Assembly (NCBI GenBank): GCA_903851445.1
Contig: CAINOH010000009.1
Location: forward strand, 185,075-249,074
Direction: 5' to 3'
Origin: an uncultured Candidatus Micrarchaeota archaeon
GTDB lineage: Archaea > Micrarchaeota > Micrarchaeia > Norongarragalinales > CAINOH01
DNA: 64,000 nt
Part shown: positions 55,676-64,000 of the stretch, one piece after another
How the letters are laid out: each line of letters starts with the position of its first letter
Position numbering within the stretch: position 1 is the first letter of the stretch
Position numbers and translations under genes: made by a program
Notes under the pieces: generated by a model
Database searches by the model: none
Told to the model about the DNA's origin: nothing
The model's input: the letters and a program-made list of their open reading frames with translations, nothing else

Positions 55676-56167
55676 TTACTTTAGCTTGGCGTCGTAGCTT
55701 CCCGTCTGGAGCTTCTTGATGGCTTCCTTTGCGTTCAGCCCGTCCACAGTTGCGCCGAGGCTCAGGCAGCTTCCCATTACCTCGGAAACCTGCGCCTTGA
55801 GCGTCTTTGCAAGGGTTGCGTCGGTCTTCATCTTGGCGACCTTGACGCACTGCTCGATGGTCATGTTCCCGATGACCTTCTTGCCTTTGGCCCCGGGCTC
55901 TTCCTTTACAGGCTCCTTCAGGCCGAGCTCCTTCTTGATGAGTGAGGACATCGGAGGCGTGCCAACCGTAATCTCGAAAGTCTTTGAGCCCTTGTCAACG
56001 ACTACTGTGACCGGCACCTGCATCCCTGCGAAGGCCTTGGTCTTTTCGTTGATCTGGGCAACCACCATGCCCACGTTCACGCCAGTTGGCGCAAGCGACG
56101 GGCCGAGGGGTGGTGCCGGCGTTGCCTTTCCGCCTTCCACCATGGCGCTTACCGTAACATTTGCCAT
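55676..56167 (-). CDS. rpl11: 50S ribosomal protein uL11
   Basis: VEGGKATPAPPLGPSL, INEKTKAFAGMQVPV. Confidence 0.97.
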   Translation of the reverse strand: MANVTVSAMVEGGKATPAPPLGPSLAPTGVNVGMVVAQINEKTKAFAGMQVPVTVVVDKGSKTFEITVGTPPMSSLIKKELGLKEPVKEEPGAKGKKVIGNMTIEQCVKVAKMKTDATLAKTLKAQVSEVMGSCLSLGATVDGLNAKEAIKKLQTGSYDAKLK

Positions 56168-56205
56168 AATCCATTTCACCTTTCAAAAACGATTTTCAAC
56201 TGAGA

Positions 56206-56643
56206 TTACTGGGGGAGCACGCGTATCGTGTTCAGCTTGATTGTGACCGGGATGGGCACCGCGACCTCGATGAGCTCCACCGTGACCTCGTCCTTTTCCT
56301 GGTCAACGCGCACGACCTTGGCCTTCTCGCCCTTGAACGGGCCCGAGATGACCTCCACGAGCTGGCCGCGGTTGATTATTACCTCGATGGGCTTGCTTTC
56401 GAGGAACGTGGCGATGTCCGCAATCTGCATCGTGTTCGCAAGAAGTCCCTTGACGTGCGGCACGTTCTGTATCGCCTGCTTTGCGTCGAACTCGTTGTCC
56501 GCCTCGGCTATGAGGTACCCCTTTAGCATTGGCGAGACAACCAGTGCTTTGACCGGAAGCTTGAACTTGCGGATTTTTTCGTAGAGCATGTCCGCGACTA
56601 TGCTCTCTTGCCCTGCTGTGACGCGGTAAGTGTATAGTGGCAT
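56206..56643 (-). CDS. spt5: Transcription elongation factor Spt5
   Basis: VTAGQE, LKGYLIAE, KOW motif VEVISGPFKGEKAKV. Confidence 0.96.
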   Translation of the reverse strand: MPLYTYRVTAGQESIVADMLYEKIRKFKLPVKALVVSPMLKGYLIAEADNEFDAKQAIQNVPHVKGLLANTMQIADIATFLESKPIEVIINRGQLVEVISGPFKGEKAKVVRVDQEKDEVTVELIEVAVPIPVTIKLNTIRVLPQ

Positions 56644-56674
56644 AAGGTAATGCTTGACCTCCTGTTGGTTTGTC

Positions 56675-56857
56675 TCAGACTTGGCGCAGGTAGTACCAGA
56701 ATATGGATATGGCAAAGCCGATGGCGCCAATGACCAGCATCCCAAGGGCGGTGCTCTTTGCAATGTGCTCGTACTCCTCTCCCTTTGGCTTGTGCGTGAC
56801 GTTGAGCACGCGTTCAGACTGGCCGATAAAGTCGGAAACCATTGCGCCAATGTCCAT
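56675..56857 (-). CDS. secE: Protein translocase subunit SecE / Sec61-gamma
   Basis: RVLNVTHKPKGEEY..IAK...GAIGFAI. Confidence 0.93.
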   Translation of the reverse strand: MDIGAMVSDFIGQSERVLNVTHKPKGEEYEHIAKSTALGMLVIGAIGFAISIFWYYLRQV

Positions 56858-56898
56858 AGTTCTTCTTGCACCCTTTTTCCTGTTTTTGTAATCGTTCA

Positions 56899-58011
56899 TT
56901 AAATGAAGTCGATGTTCTCGACTGCCTCGCCGGTAGTCTGCGCCATCTGCTTTTCGCGCACCCCGGAGAGCACGGCGAGCACGCGCACGCCGCGGTTCTT
57001 GATGTTGTCATCGACAGTCGCGCCCCAGATGATGTGCGCGTCAGGCGCGATGCTCCTGCTTATCGCCGTGACAGCGGCCTCGGACTCGCCAAGCGTCATG
57101 TCCGGCCCGCCGGTTATGTTGATTAGCGCCTTCGATGCGCTTGAAACGTCCATATCAAGGAAAGGCGAACTGAGCGCCTTCTCTGCAGCCTGCACCACGC
57201 GGTCGGGCATTTCGCTGCCTTCCATCTCGCCAAGGCCAATCATCGCGCTTCCGGATTCGCCAAGGATTGTGCGCACATCAGCAAAGTCCAGGTTGACCAG
57301 GCCGGGTTTTGTTATGAGCTCGGTGATTCCCTTCACCGCGTTTGCGAGCACCATGTCAGCAGCCTTGAACGCCGCGTTGAGCGGTAGGTCCGGGACGTAT
57401 TCCAAGAGCTTGTCATTGGGGATGACTATTGTGGTGTCCGCCTCGCGCTTGAGCTTGTCGAGGCCCTTTATTGCGTTCTCCTTGCGTTTGAGCCCTTCGG
57501 ATGAGAACGGCATTGTGACTATTGCGATGCAGAGCGCGCCGGACTGCTTTGCACAGCGTGCAATGATGTGGGCAGAGCCCGTTCCGGTCCCTCCGCCCAT
57601 GCCGCAGGTCACAAAGACCAGGTCGGCGTTTCCGACGATGTCTTTGATTTCCTGCTCGGACTCCTGCGCAGCAGCCTCTCCCACTTCGGGATTGGAGCCT
57701 GCTCCAAGGCCCTTGGTCTTCTTCCTCCCAAGGATTACGCGCTTGTCGGCGTGGGTCTTCAGGAGGTGCTGCGCGTCGGTGTTCATCGCAACCAGGCGTG
57801 CGCCGATGACGCCGACTTCCTGGATGCGGTTGAGCGTGTTGTTGCCTGACCCGCCCGTGCCCACGATGCAAATCTTGGGTTTGTTCTCCTCGAGTATCTT
57901 CATCAGTTCCAGGTCGTCTTCCGACATCGGTTTTCCTGGCTCGGTTACCACTGTGCGTGACACGGGTATTCCGGGGCCTTTTGAGAACATTTCCTCGAAG
58001 TTGACGGGCAT
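56899..58011 (-). CDS. ftsZ: Cell division protein FtsZ (FtsZ1-type context)
   Basis: GTGGSGNN, NTDAQHL, GMGGGTGTG, NLDFADV; sits in the ftsZ-secE-spt5-rpl11 cluster. Confidence 0.98.
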   Translation of the reverse strand: MPVNFEEMFSKGPGIPVSRTVVTEPGKPMSEDDLELMKILEENKPKICIVGTGGSGNNTLNRIQEVGVIGARLVAMNTDAQHLLKTHADKRVILGRKKTKGLGAGSNPEVGEAAAQESEQEIKDIVGNADLVFVTCGMGGGTGTGSAHIIARCAKQSGALCIAIVTMPFSSEGLKRKENAIKGLDKLKREADTTIVIPNDKLLEYVPDLPLNAAFKAADMVLANAVKGITELITKPGLVNLDFADVRTILGESGSAMIGLGEMEGSEMPDRVVQAAEKALSSPFLDMDVSSASKALINITGGPDMTLGESEAAVTAISRSIAPDAHIIWGATVDDNIKNRGVRVLAVLSGVREKQMAQTTGEAVENIDFI

Positions 58012-58338
58012 AATTATCCACTTCCAATGCTGATAAGTTGGTTTTATCGGCAAAGGTTAAAACCAATTGCGATGCGGGCACCGGATGCCTGCCTTTGCAA
58101 CAGACAAAATCAGCCTTCGGCTGGACGTATAACAACAAGAGTAGGCTTGGAATAATTCTTAATGGTTTGCAATCTGCCGCAAGTCCGCAGCAGCCTTTCG
58201 GCGGGCGTGGGATTAGGTGTTTGCCTGTTGAGCTGACGGGATTATGGCGGACAACGTTCCCCACAGGCAGCCTGCCCGCCAAACCAGTTGACTGGATACC
58301 AACGGATTATAAACGTGCAGAAGGTATCTCTTCTGAAA

Positions 58339-58806
58339 ATGGACAAAAAGCCGCGTCCCTCCTGGGACGAGTATTTCATGCAGATTGCAGAGGACGTAGC
58401 CGCACGCTCCACCTGCAACTCGCGCCACGTTGGCTCGGTCATAGTGGTGGAGCGGCGGATGGTCGCAACCGGCTATAATGGCGCCCCCCACGGAATGCCC
58501 CACTGCACCGATGTTGGCTGCAAGCTCGTCACGGTGACCGAGAACGGAGAGAGCAACGAAAAGTGCGACCGCGTGCTCCACGCCGAGCAGAACGCAATCA
58601 TACAGTGCGCGATGCATGGAGTGCCGTGCAAGGGTGCGACGATTTACACTACTGCCCGGCCGTGCAGGCTGTGCGCAAAGATGATAGCCAACGCCGGGAT
58701 AAGGCGCGTGGTCTATTGCGATGAGCCTTCGGACAGGGAGCCTTTCGAGATACTTGCTGCTGCGGGAGTGGAAGCGGACCGGCTGGTTTCTGCAAAGGAA
58801 AAGTAA
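58339..58806 (+). CDS. dCMP deaminase family protein
   Basis: RPSWDEYFM, RSTC, TGYNG, HAEQNA, PCRLC. Confidence 0.93.
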   Translation: MDKKPRPSWDEYFMQIAEDVAARSTCNSRHVGSVIVVERRMVATGYNGAPHGMPHCTDVGCKLVTVTENGESNEKCDRVLHAEQNAIIQCAMHGVPCKGATIYTTARPCRLCAKMIANAGIRRVVYCDEPSDREPFEILAAAGVEADRLVSAKEK

Positions 58807-58843
58807 GGGGTCCGGCAGCTAAACACAAAAAAGGAAAACAAAA

Positions 58844-59773
58844 ATGAAAACAAAAAACCCCTTTACCGTCGTGATGCCCGCATACAACGAAGAGGATGGC
58901 ATCGCCAGGGTCATTGACGAGGTCAAAGGCCACGCTGACAAGCTTATTGTAGTTGACGACGGCAGCAGCGACCGGACAAGGGTGATTGCCGAGGAGTGCG
59001 CAAGGAAGCACCCTGGAATCACCGTGGTAAGCCATGCAAGGAACAAGGGCAAGGTCGCGGCAATACTTACCGGAATCAGGCACGCAAGGACCGAAGTGGT
59101 CGTGCTCATTGACGCGGACCACACGTACCCCGCAAAGGACATTCCCATACTTGTAAAGAAGATTGAAGAGGGCTCGGACCTGGTGCTTGGAAACCGCTTC
59201 TCCTCGGGACTGCGTAACATCCCTGCGTTCAACCGCCTCGGGAACGGGCTGTTCTCGTTCCTGATATCCTTTGCAAGCGGACAGGAGATAGCGGACGGCC
59301 AGACGGGCTTTCGCGCATTCCGAAAGGGGATGCTTGGCGACCTGGACATCCGTTCGAACGGGCTCGAGTTCGAGACCGAGATGACCATAAAGGCGGCAAT
59401 CAACGGCTACAAGGTCGAGGAAGTGCCGATAGAATACAGGAAGAGGATTGGAAAGTCCAAGCTCAACCCGGTCAGGGACGGCTACCGGATGTTTTTTGCG
59501 ATACTGCGCTCGGGCTACTCGCAGATGTCCATAATTTCCAAGGGGTTCGCGCTGCCTGGGCTGTTCATCGTGCTGGTCGGGATACTCTTCATGCTCGTGT
59601 CAATAAGCGAGTACTTGGCTGCTGGCAAGCTGTCGCACGAGTACTACCCGCTCCTGTTCGTCTTCTTCGCCCTTGCAGGGACGCAACTAATCACGCTGGC
59701 GGTGTTTTCGGACGTGCAGCAGAAGAAGCTCTCAAGGATAGAGCGCGACGTTGCTTCGCTGAAGAAAAAATAA
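58844..59773 (+). CDS. GT2 glycosyltransferase (polyprenol-phosphate hexose transferase-like) with two C-terminal TMs
   Basis: PAYNEE, VVDDGSSD, NKGK, DAD, QTGFR, EVPIEY. Confidence 0.92.
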   Translation: MKTKNPFTVVMPAYNEEDGIARVIDEVKGHADKLIVVDDGSSDRTRVIAEECARKHPGITVVSHARNKGKVAAILTGIRHARTEVVVLIDADHTYPAKDIPILVKKIEEGSDLVLGNRFSSGLRNIPAFNRLGNGLFSFLISFASGQEIADGQTGFRAFRKGMLGDLDIRSNGLEFETEMTIKAAINGYKVEEVPIEYRKRIGKSKLNPVRDGYRMFFAILRSGYSQMSIISKGFALPGLFIVLVGILFMLVSISEYLAAGKLSHEYYPLLFVFFALAGTQLITLAVFSDVQQKKLSRIERDVASLKKK

Positions 59774-59780
59774 AAAAAGG

Positions 59781-61337
59781 CTACTTCTTTTTGAACACGA
59801 AGACAATCGGCTGGCTTACCGTACTCCCGTTATCAGCAGTCACAGGCGTCGAGTAATACTTCACAACCTCGTACTTGTCAGTATCCGAGAACAAGTGATA
59901 GTAGGTGTTGTCAGGAAGGGCGGTGCCGTTCTGCAACGCGGAAAACACGGTTACGAGCGGGGCGTAGACTTCCAGCAGGGACGTCAGGTATACTGTGGAA
60001 TTAAGCACTGCCGCTTGCGAAAGGAACGTGGTATAATTGGGGTCCAGGCCGAGCGTCGGCCTTCCGGAATACGCGCCGACTTGGGGATGTCCGCTTGCCA
60101 TCACCCACTCGCCGGGGTTGGTGATGTTCCTTATGAAGTACGCCGCCTCCTGGACCTGCGCGTAGGATGGCTGCTTGCTCTTGTAAAGCGCCCAGCACTG
60201 GTCGAGGTTGCCGTAGCTTGCACCCAGCAAAAACAATATTAGAAGGCAGGATACTCCAGTCCAGAAGCCGGCCTTTGCCTTGCCTGACGCCGCATCAGCA
60301 AGCGCGTTTGCGGCATCGCCAAGGAGCCTTCCTGCAAGGATGAACGCGACCGGAAGCAGAAAGATGATGAAGCGATCCTCCTTGTACGTGAAAAGGAACG
60401 TCATTATCAAAAGGGGAAGGAGGAGGGTGAGCGCGAGTGTGATTGCGTTGTCGTCCTTTTTGATGAATGCGTAGGTAATCCCAAGGAGCACGAGGATTGC
60501 GCCAAGTGAGTTGTTGAAAATCCAGTTGGCCTGCGTGATGAAGAGGAACTGGTCGGCCTGGCCGTAGCCCTGCGTGCCTGTGAAGTACTCGCCCGCAAGG
60601 CCGAAGGCAGAGCCGGACTTGGAGATTTGGTAGTTGAGGAACGCGGCTGCGAGCACCAGGACAAGGAGCACGCACAGCCCGGTTCTCTTTGGCGAGGACT
60701 GCATAGTCTTGATTATCGCGTCGCGGTAGATGAACGCGCCAACAGCAAGCCCCAGAACTATTGAGAAAAAGATGTATTTTGTGAACCCGCCGAGCAGTAT
60801 CGAAAGCACGAACACAAACATCCAGTTCGGGCTCCTTTCCTGCACGGTGCGGAAGAACGCGTACAGGCCGAGGGCCGTAAAGAACATCTGCGGCGCGTCT
60901 GTGAGCACGCGCGAGGAGTAGAACCACAGCAGTTGCGAGAACGAAAGCAGGAGCACCGTCGCTATTGCGGGCAGGTCGCCGAAGAGCCTGCGGGCAAGAA
61001 GGTATGTTGCAAGGACCGCCAACGCGCAAAGGAGTGCAACTGCAAGGTGGCCTGAATAGATATAGTCGCCTGCGATGGACGACACCACCGCGATGAAGTA
61101 GGGGAGTGCGTAGGAGCGCTGCGACTGCGTAAGTATCCCTAGAGGGTCAGTGGGCTGCACTGCGAACTGGCCGTGCTCGGAGATTGACTGGGCCAGGAGC
61201 ACGTAGTCGCCCTCGTCGGTCCACAGCGTGTTCTGCGTGCCGTAGACAAGCGCAAAGTAGAATACCCCCACGGCGGCGGCAACAGCAAGGAGGCCGCTGG
61301 CAGTCCGCACGTAAGAGTCCATTTGGTTGAAAGCCAC
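59781..61337 (-). CDS. GT-C fold membrane glycosyltransferase (PMT/ArnT-like)
   Basis: WTDEGDY, about 12 TMs, LTD, TKY, KEDRF. Confidence 0.85.
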   Translation of the reverse strand: MAFNQMDSYVRTASGLLAVAAAVGVFYFALVYGTQNTLWTDEGDYVLLAQSISEHGQFAVQPTDPLGILTQSQRSYALPYFIAVVSSIAGDYIYSGHLAVALLCALAVLATYLLARRLFGDLPAIATVLLLSFSQLLWFYSSRVLTDAPQMFFTALGLYAFFRTVQERSPNWMFVFVLSILLGGFTKYIFFSIVLGLAVGAFIYRDAIIKTMQSSPKRTGLCVLLVLVLAAAFLNYQISKSGSAFGLAGEYFTGTQGYGQADQFLFITQANWIFNNSLGAILVLLGITYAFIKKDDNAITLALTLLLPLLIMTFLFTYKEDRFIIFLLPVAFILAGRLLGDAANALADAASGKAKAGFWTGVSCLLILFLLGASYGNLDQCWALYKSKQPSYAQVQEAAYFIRNITNPGEWVMASGHPQVGAYSGRPTLGLDPNYTTFLSQAAVLNSTVYLTSLLEVYAPLVTVFSALQNGTALPDNTYYHLFSDTDKYEVVKYYSTPVTADNGSTVSQPIVFVFKKK

Positions 61338-61418
61338 ACAGTAGGATAAACAAGATTACGTTTCTTATACCGATGACTATTATATTTGTTCCAATGCAGA
61401 GATAATTCCTGCTTCTCT

Positions 61419-61491
61419 GGGCCTGTAGTCGAGTGGTTAAGACGTCGCTCTTACACAGCGAAAATCGGGAGTTCGATCCTCCCCGGGCCCA
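61419..61491 (+). tRNA. tRNA-Val (TAC)
   Basis: GGGCCTG...TCGCT CT TAC AC AGCGA...TTCGATC...CGGGCCC A. Confidence 0.95.
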
Positions 61492-61565
61492 TTCGCTTCT
61501 TCTAGCTCCCTCTAAGTTCATCTAATGCGTTTGCTGACTAAAAAAACGTGTTTGCTTGTCCTGTT

Positions 61566-61985
61566 TTACTCGGGCACTTGCACCGGCTCCCCGCTTTGCA
61601 GGATGTTCGGCATCGAGTCTTCCACTACGATGAAATCAGATGCGTCCAGGCCGGGCTTGTTCGCCAAGGGCATCGGGGTAGTTGTCCCGTTCACCGGAGA
61701 GCACGTTCCACGGTAATACGCCCATTCGTCGCACTGCGACCCGTCCGGGAAAGCGCATAATCCGCTCTGGCTTCCGTCAGCAGCGGTGACTATCTTGGAT
61801 GCGCCGCCATTCTGAGCGCAGTAGACCGACGCGGGGTTGGCCAGGTTAGACGTGCTGTTGTTCGTGGCGGTTCCATTCTGGTTCGGTTGCCCGTTCTGGG
61901 ACGCAACGCAGCCCATCACCAGCAACCCGACGAAGAACAGGGCCAGGAGGGCGACTGCCGGGTTCTTGTCCGTACTGAACTTCAT
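61566..61985 (-). CDS. DUF333 domain lipoprotein
   Basis: Lipobox-like LLVMGC; LANPASVYCAQNGG...GLCAFPDGSQCDEWAYYRGTC. Confidence 0.85.
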   Translation of the reverse strand: MKFSTDKNPAVALLALFFVGLLVMGCVASQNGQPNQNGTATNNSTSNLANPASVYCAQNGGASKIVTAADGSQSGLCAFPDGSQCDEWAYYRGTCSPVNGTTTPMPLANKPGLDASDFIVVEDSMPNILQSGEPVQVPE

Positions 61986-61997
61986 AAATACCATGTC

Positions 61998-62963
61998 TCA
62001 TTCCGCTCCGGCGCTGCCATTGAGCGCAACGAACAGGTCATTGAGTCCCTTGGCAGCTGACCTGATGTCGATCCAGACAGCTGAAAGCTGATCCTGCAAG
62101 ACGTCCTTGGTTCCCCAAGAGTTGATTTCCGTGACTGCGGCTTCCAAGGACGCCTGCACAGCGGCGACATCGCTGCTGCGGCCGGCCTCGATCGCGTTCG
62201 GGGACATCACAACAAGCAAGTCTGCCATCCTCATCGTCTCGAACCTCGCTGCCATGTGGAAGTTGGTGCCGTTCATGCACCCGTCATACAGGCAGTACTG
62301 GTGGAGGGCTTTCCTCAGTTCGGACGCGTTGTCGGTCCGGCTGATTTCATCCTGGAGGGGAACAAATATTTGCGCCCTGGCGCCATCCACCAGGTCAAGA
62401 AGATTGCTCGCATCAACCCCGCGGTCCGACAGGTTCTGCGCCCTCCGCTGGTAGATGATGAGCGTGTTGTTGTAATAGTTGAGCACCATGTTCGCATGCT
62501 TTTTCATGTCAAAGCACCGGTCATTGGCTTCTCTCAGCGATTGCAGTGTGGACTTCAGTGAGCGCAATGCCGCCTTCGTTTCGTTCTTCGACATGCCGGT
62601 GCTATTCGACTTCAGGCTGTCAAGGCCCGCCTTGATTGTTGCTTGGTTCTGCTTCAGGTGCTGTGAGAACATCTCCTGGACGTATACGTTGTAGTTCTTC
62701 GCGTCGCCCAGGCTTGCATACTGGCTCAGCTTGGGCAAGTCCGACTGCATGGCCGCTATCCTCGGGGTCAATGCGGGCGACAGGGCGGGAAAAAGCGCGA
62801 TTATCGCGTTCATCGTGTCCGTATCAAGCGTCACCTTGCACGTCATGTCCTCCAGCGCCGAATCGAGCATGGGTTTTACATCTGGTCTTGCCGCGGGCTC
62901 CGCGGCCGCCATAGAAACTAGAAAGGAGAATAACAACAGGGCCGCGATGAACTTGGTCTCCAT
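61998..62963 (-). CDS. Secreted alpha-helical hypothetical protein
   Basis: Signal peptide METKFIAALLLFSFLVSMAAA; helical body. Confidence 0.75.
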   Translation of the reverse strand: METKFIAALLLFSFLVSMAAAEPAARPDVKPMLDSALEDMTCKVTLDTDTMNAIIALFPALSPALTPRIAAMQSDLPKLSQYASLGDAKNYNVYVQEMFSQHLKQNQATIKAGLDSLKSNSTGMSKNETKAALRSLKSTLQSLREANDRCFDMKKHANMVLNYYNNTLIIYQRRAQNLSDRGVDASNLLDLVDGARAQIFVPLQDEISRTDNASELRKALHQYCLYDGCMNGTNFHMAARFETMRMADLLVVMSPNAIEAGRSSDVAAVQASLEAAVTEINSWGTKDVLQDQLSAVWIDIRSAAKGLNDLFVALNGSAGAE

Positions 62964-63003
62964 ATTTATCTCATCTCTTTAATCATGACCCGTTTAAATT
63001 TCC

Positions 63004-63483
63004 CTACTTTTTAGCCTTCTTCCTTTTCTGCATCCTTGCCACGAAAAGAAGCGCAACCGCCACGAGCGGGGCAAGCAGGGGGTTGAAGTCCGGCACACTG
63101 CGTACAATTCCCTTGCGATAGTAATAGTACTGCGTGGCCGAGTCGCTTATGCAGCCCGTAAGGTTCGCAGTGACCGTATAGGTGTGGGTGCCCTCGCGGT
63201 AGTCGGCAAGAGAAATTGAATAGTTTCCAAGGCCGTACGCGGGAATGCCCAGAATGGTGCCGTTGTCCAAAAGCAGCGTGGCCTGGGCGGCAACCGGCGA
63301 GTTTGACGAGGCGTTGGTGACATTGACGCTTATGTAGAGGTTGTTAACGCCATCCGCAACAGCTGGCGCGAAATAGCCGTCAGCGGGCGAGATTATGTGC
63401 ACCTTGAGCACGCAGCTCGGCACTGCCGCAAGCACCGGGGTGCAAAGGAGCGCAAGCAAAAGGAAAGCGATGGACTTTCTCAT
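63004..63483 (-). CDS. Secreted Ig-like protein with a PEF-CTERM-like (PDF) sorting signal
   Basis: N-terminal signal peptide; C-terminus VPDF + TM + RMQKRKKAKK. Confidence 0.8.
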   Translation of the reverse strand: MRKSIAFLLLALLCTPVLAAVPSCVLKVHIISPADGYFAPAVADGVNNLYISVNVTNASSNSPVAAQATLLLDNGTILGIPAYGLGNYSISLADYREGTHTYTVTANLTGCISDSATQYYYYRKGIVRSVPDFNPLLAPLVAVALLFVARMQKRKKAKK

Positions 63484-63571
63484 CCGAACAACCGTCGTGG
63501 CGCGTGTTGCCGCCGCCGATTGTTATTAAACTTGGCCGCAATAAAAAGCTGTGCAGGTGCAAAACTCGCCA

Positions 63572-64000
63572 ATGGTCCTCCTTGCTGTTTGTGGAAAGCC
63601 CAATGTCGGAAAAAGCACGATGATGGCAGCCGCGACGGGCACCGCGCCCCAGATTGCAAACTACCCATTCACAACAATTGACCCCAACAAGGGCGTGTGC
63701 TTTGCAAACGCGCCCTGCCCGCACGTGCGGCTCAAGGTGGTCTGCACGCCGAACAACGCGCGGTGCGAGGCCGGCACGCGCCGGGTTCCTGCAAATATCG
63801 TTGACGTCGCAGGCATAGTTCCTGGCGCGCACGAGGGCAAGGGGATGGGGAACCGCTTTTTGTCCGACGTTGCAGCTGCTGACGCGCTCCTGATTGTGGT
63901 TGACGCTTCGGGCGGCACCGACGACTGCGGAAATATTGTCGCGTTCGGCTCGCACGATGCCACTGCTGACGTGAAGCTGTTCCTTGACGAGCTTGACGAC
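63572..64000 (+). CDS. ychF: YchF/Ola1-family ATPase/GTPase (partial, runs off the window edge)
   Basis: MVLLAVCGKPNVGKST...IANYPFTTIDPN...DVAGIVPGAHEGKGMGNRFL; not in the ORF track because it has no stop in the window. Confidence 0.93.
   Translation, partial: MVLLAVCGKPNVGKSTMMAAATGTAPQIANYPFTTIDPNKGVCFANAPCPHVRLKVVCTPNNARCEAGTRRVPANIVDVAGIVPGAHEGKGMGNRFLSDVAAADALLIVVDASGGTDDCGNIVAFGSHDATADVKLFLDELDD

Noticed and set aside
56903-58033. 376-aa plus-strand ORF
   Set aside because: Antisense shadow of ftsZ caused by codon bias; the same applies to many long antisense ORFs (e.g. 36926-37750, 40242-41009, 42636-43541).
1-64000. CRISPR array, cas genes, rRNA, SRP RNA or RNase P RNA
   Set aside because: No regularly spaced repeats or diagnostic motifs seen; TnpB has IS-type ends and no array, so it is not called Cas12f.

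Overview
Archaeal chromosomal DNA, gene-dense and moderately GC-rich by eye. It most likely comes from a DPANN lineage such as Micrarchaeota; this is inferred from the archaeal ribosomal proteins, TFE, Rpo6, Spt5, FtsZ plus PRC-barrel proteins, ScpB, CarS and a multi-intron tRNA. Most of the window is housekeeping: translation (uS2, eL24, eS28, L7Ae, P1, P0, uL1, uL11, MetRS, CysRS, aTrm56, Taw1, a truncated Rqc2, YchF), transcription, DNA repair (Nth, EndoIV, AlkD-like, RNase HII, DEDD exonuclease), nucleotide metabolism (dcd, thyX, dCMP deaminase), ABC export genes and glycosylation genes. It also has seven tRNA genes, one tnpB-only IS200/IS605 element, one VapBC module and many single orphan ORFs. 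No rRNA or CRISPR array is visible. Highlights: (1) a stand-alone, eukaryote-like ubiquitin-conjugating E2 with an intact HPN-x7-C site and no E1/Ub/E3 nearby; (2) a methyltransferase that closely follows eukaryotic Bud23/WBSCR22; (3) an atypical histone-fold protein with an acidic tail and a coiled coil; (4) a tRNA-Trp split by two introns, leaving a 7-nt anticodon exon; (5) two diverged tRNA-Cys genes, one (A37, G3:U70) directly upstream of cysS; (6) carS coupled to an archaeosortase, with a PDF-CTERM substrate elsewhere in the window; (7) a catalytically gutted transposase fused to an orphan protein; (8) an unexplained 260-nt rod-like inverted-repeat element. All family assignments come from motif recognition by eye; no database searches were run.
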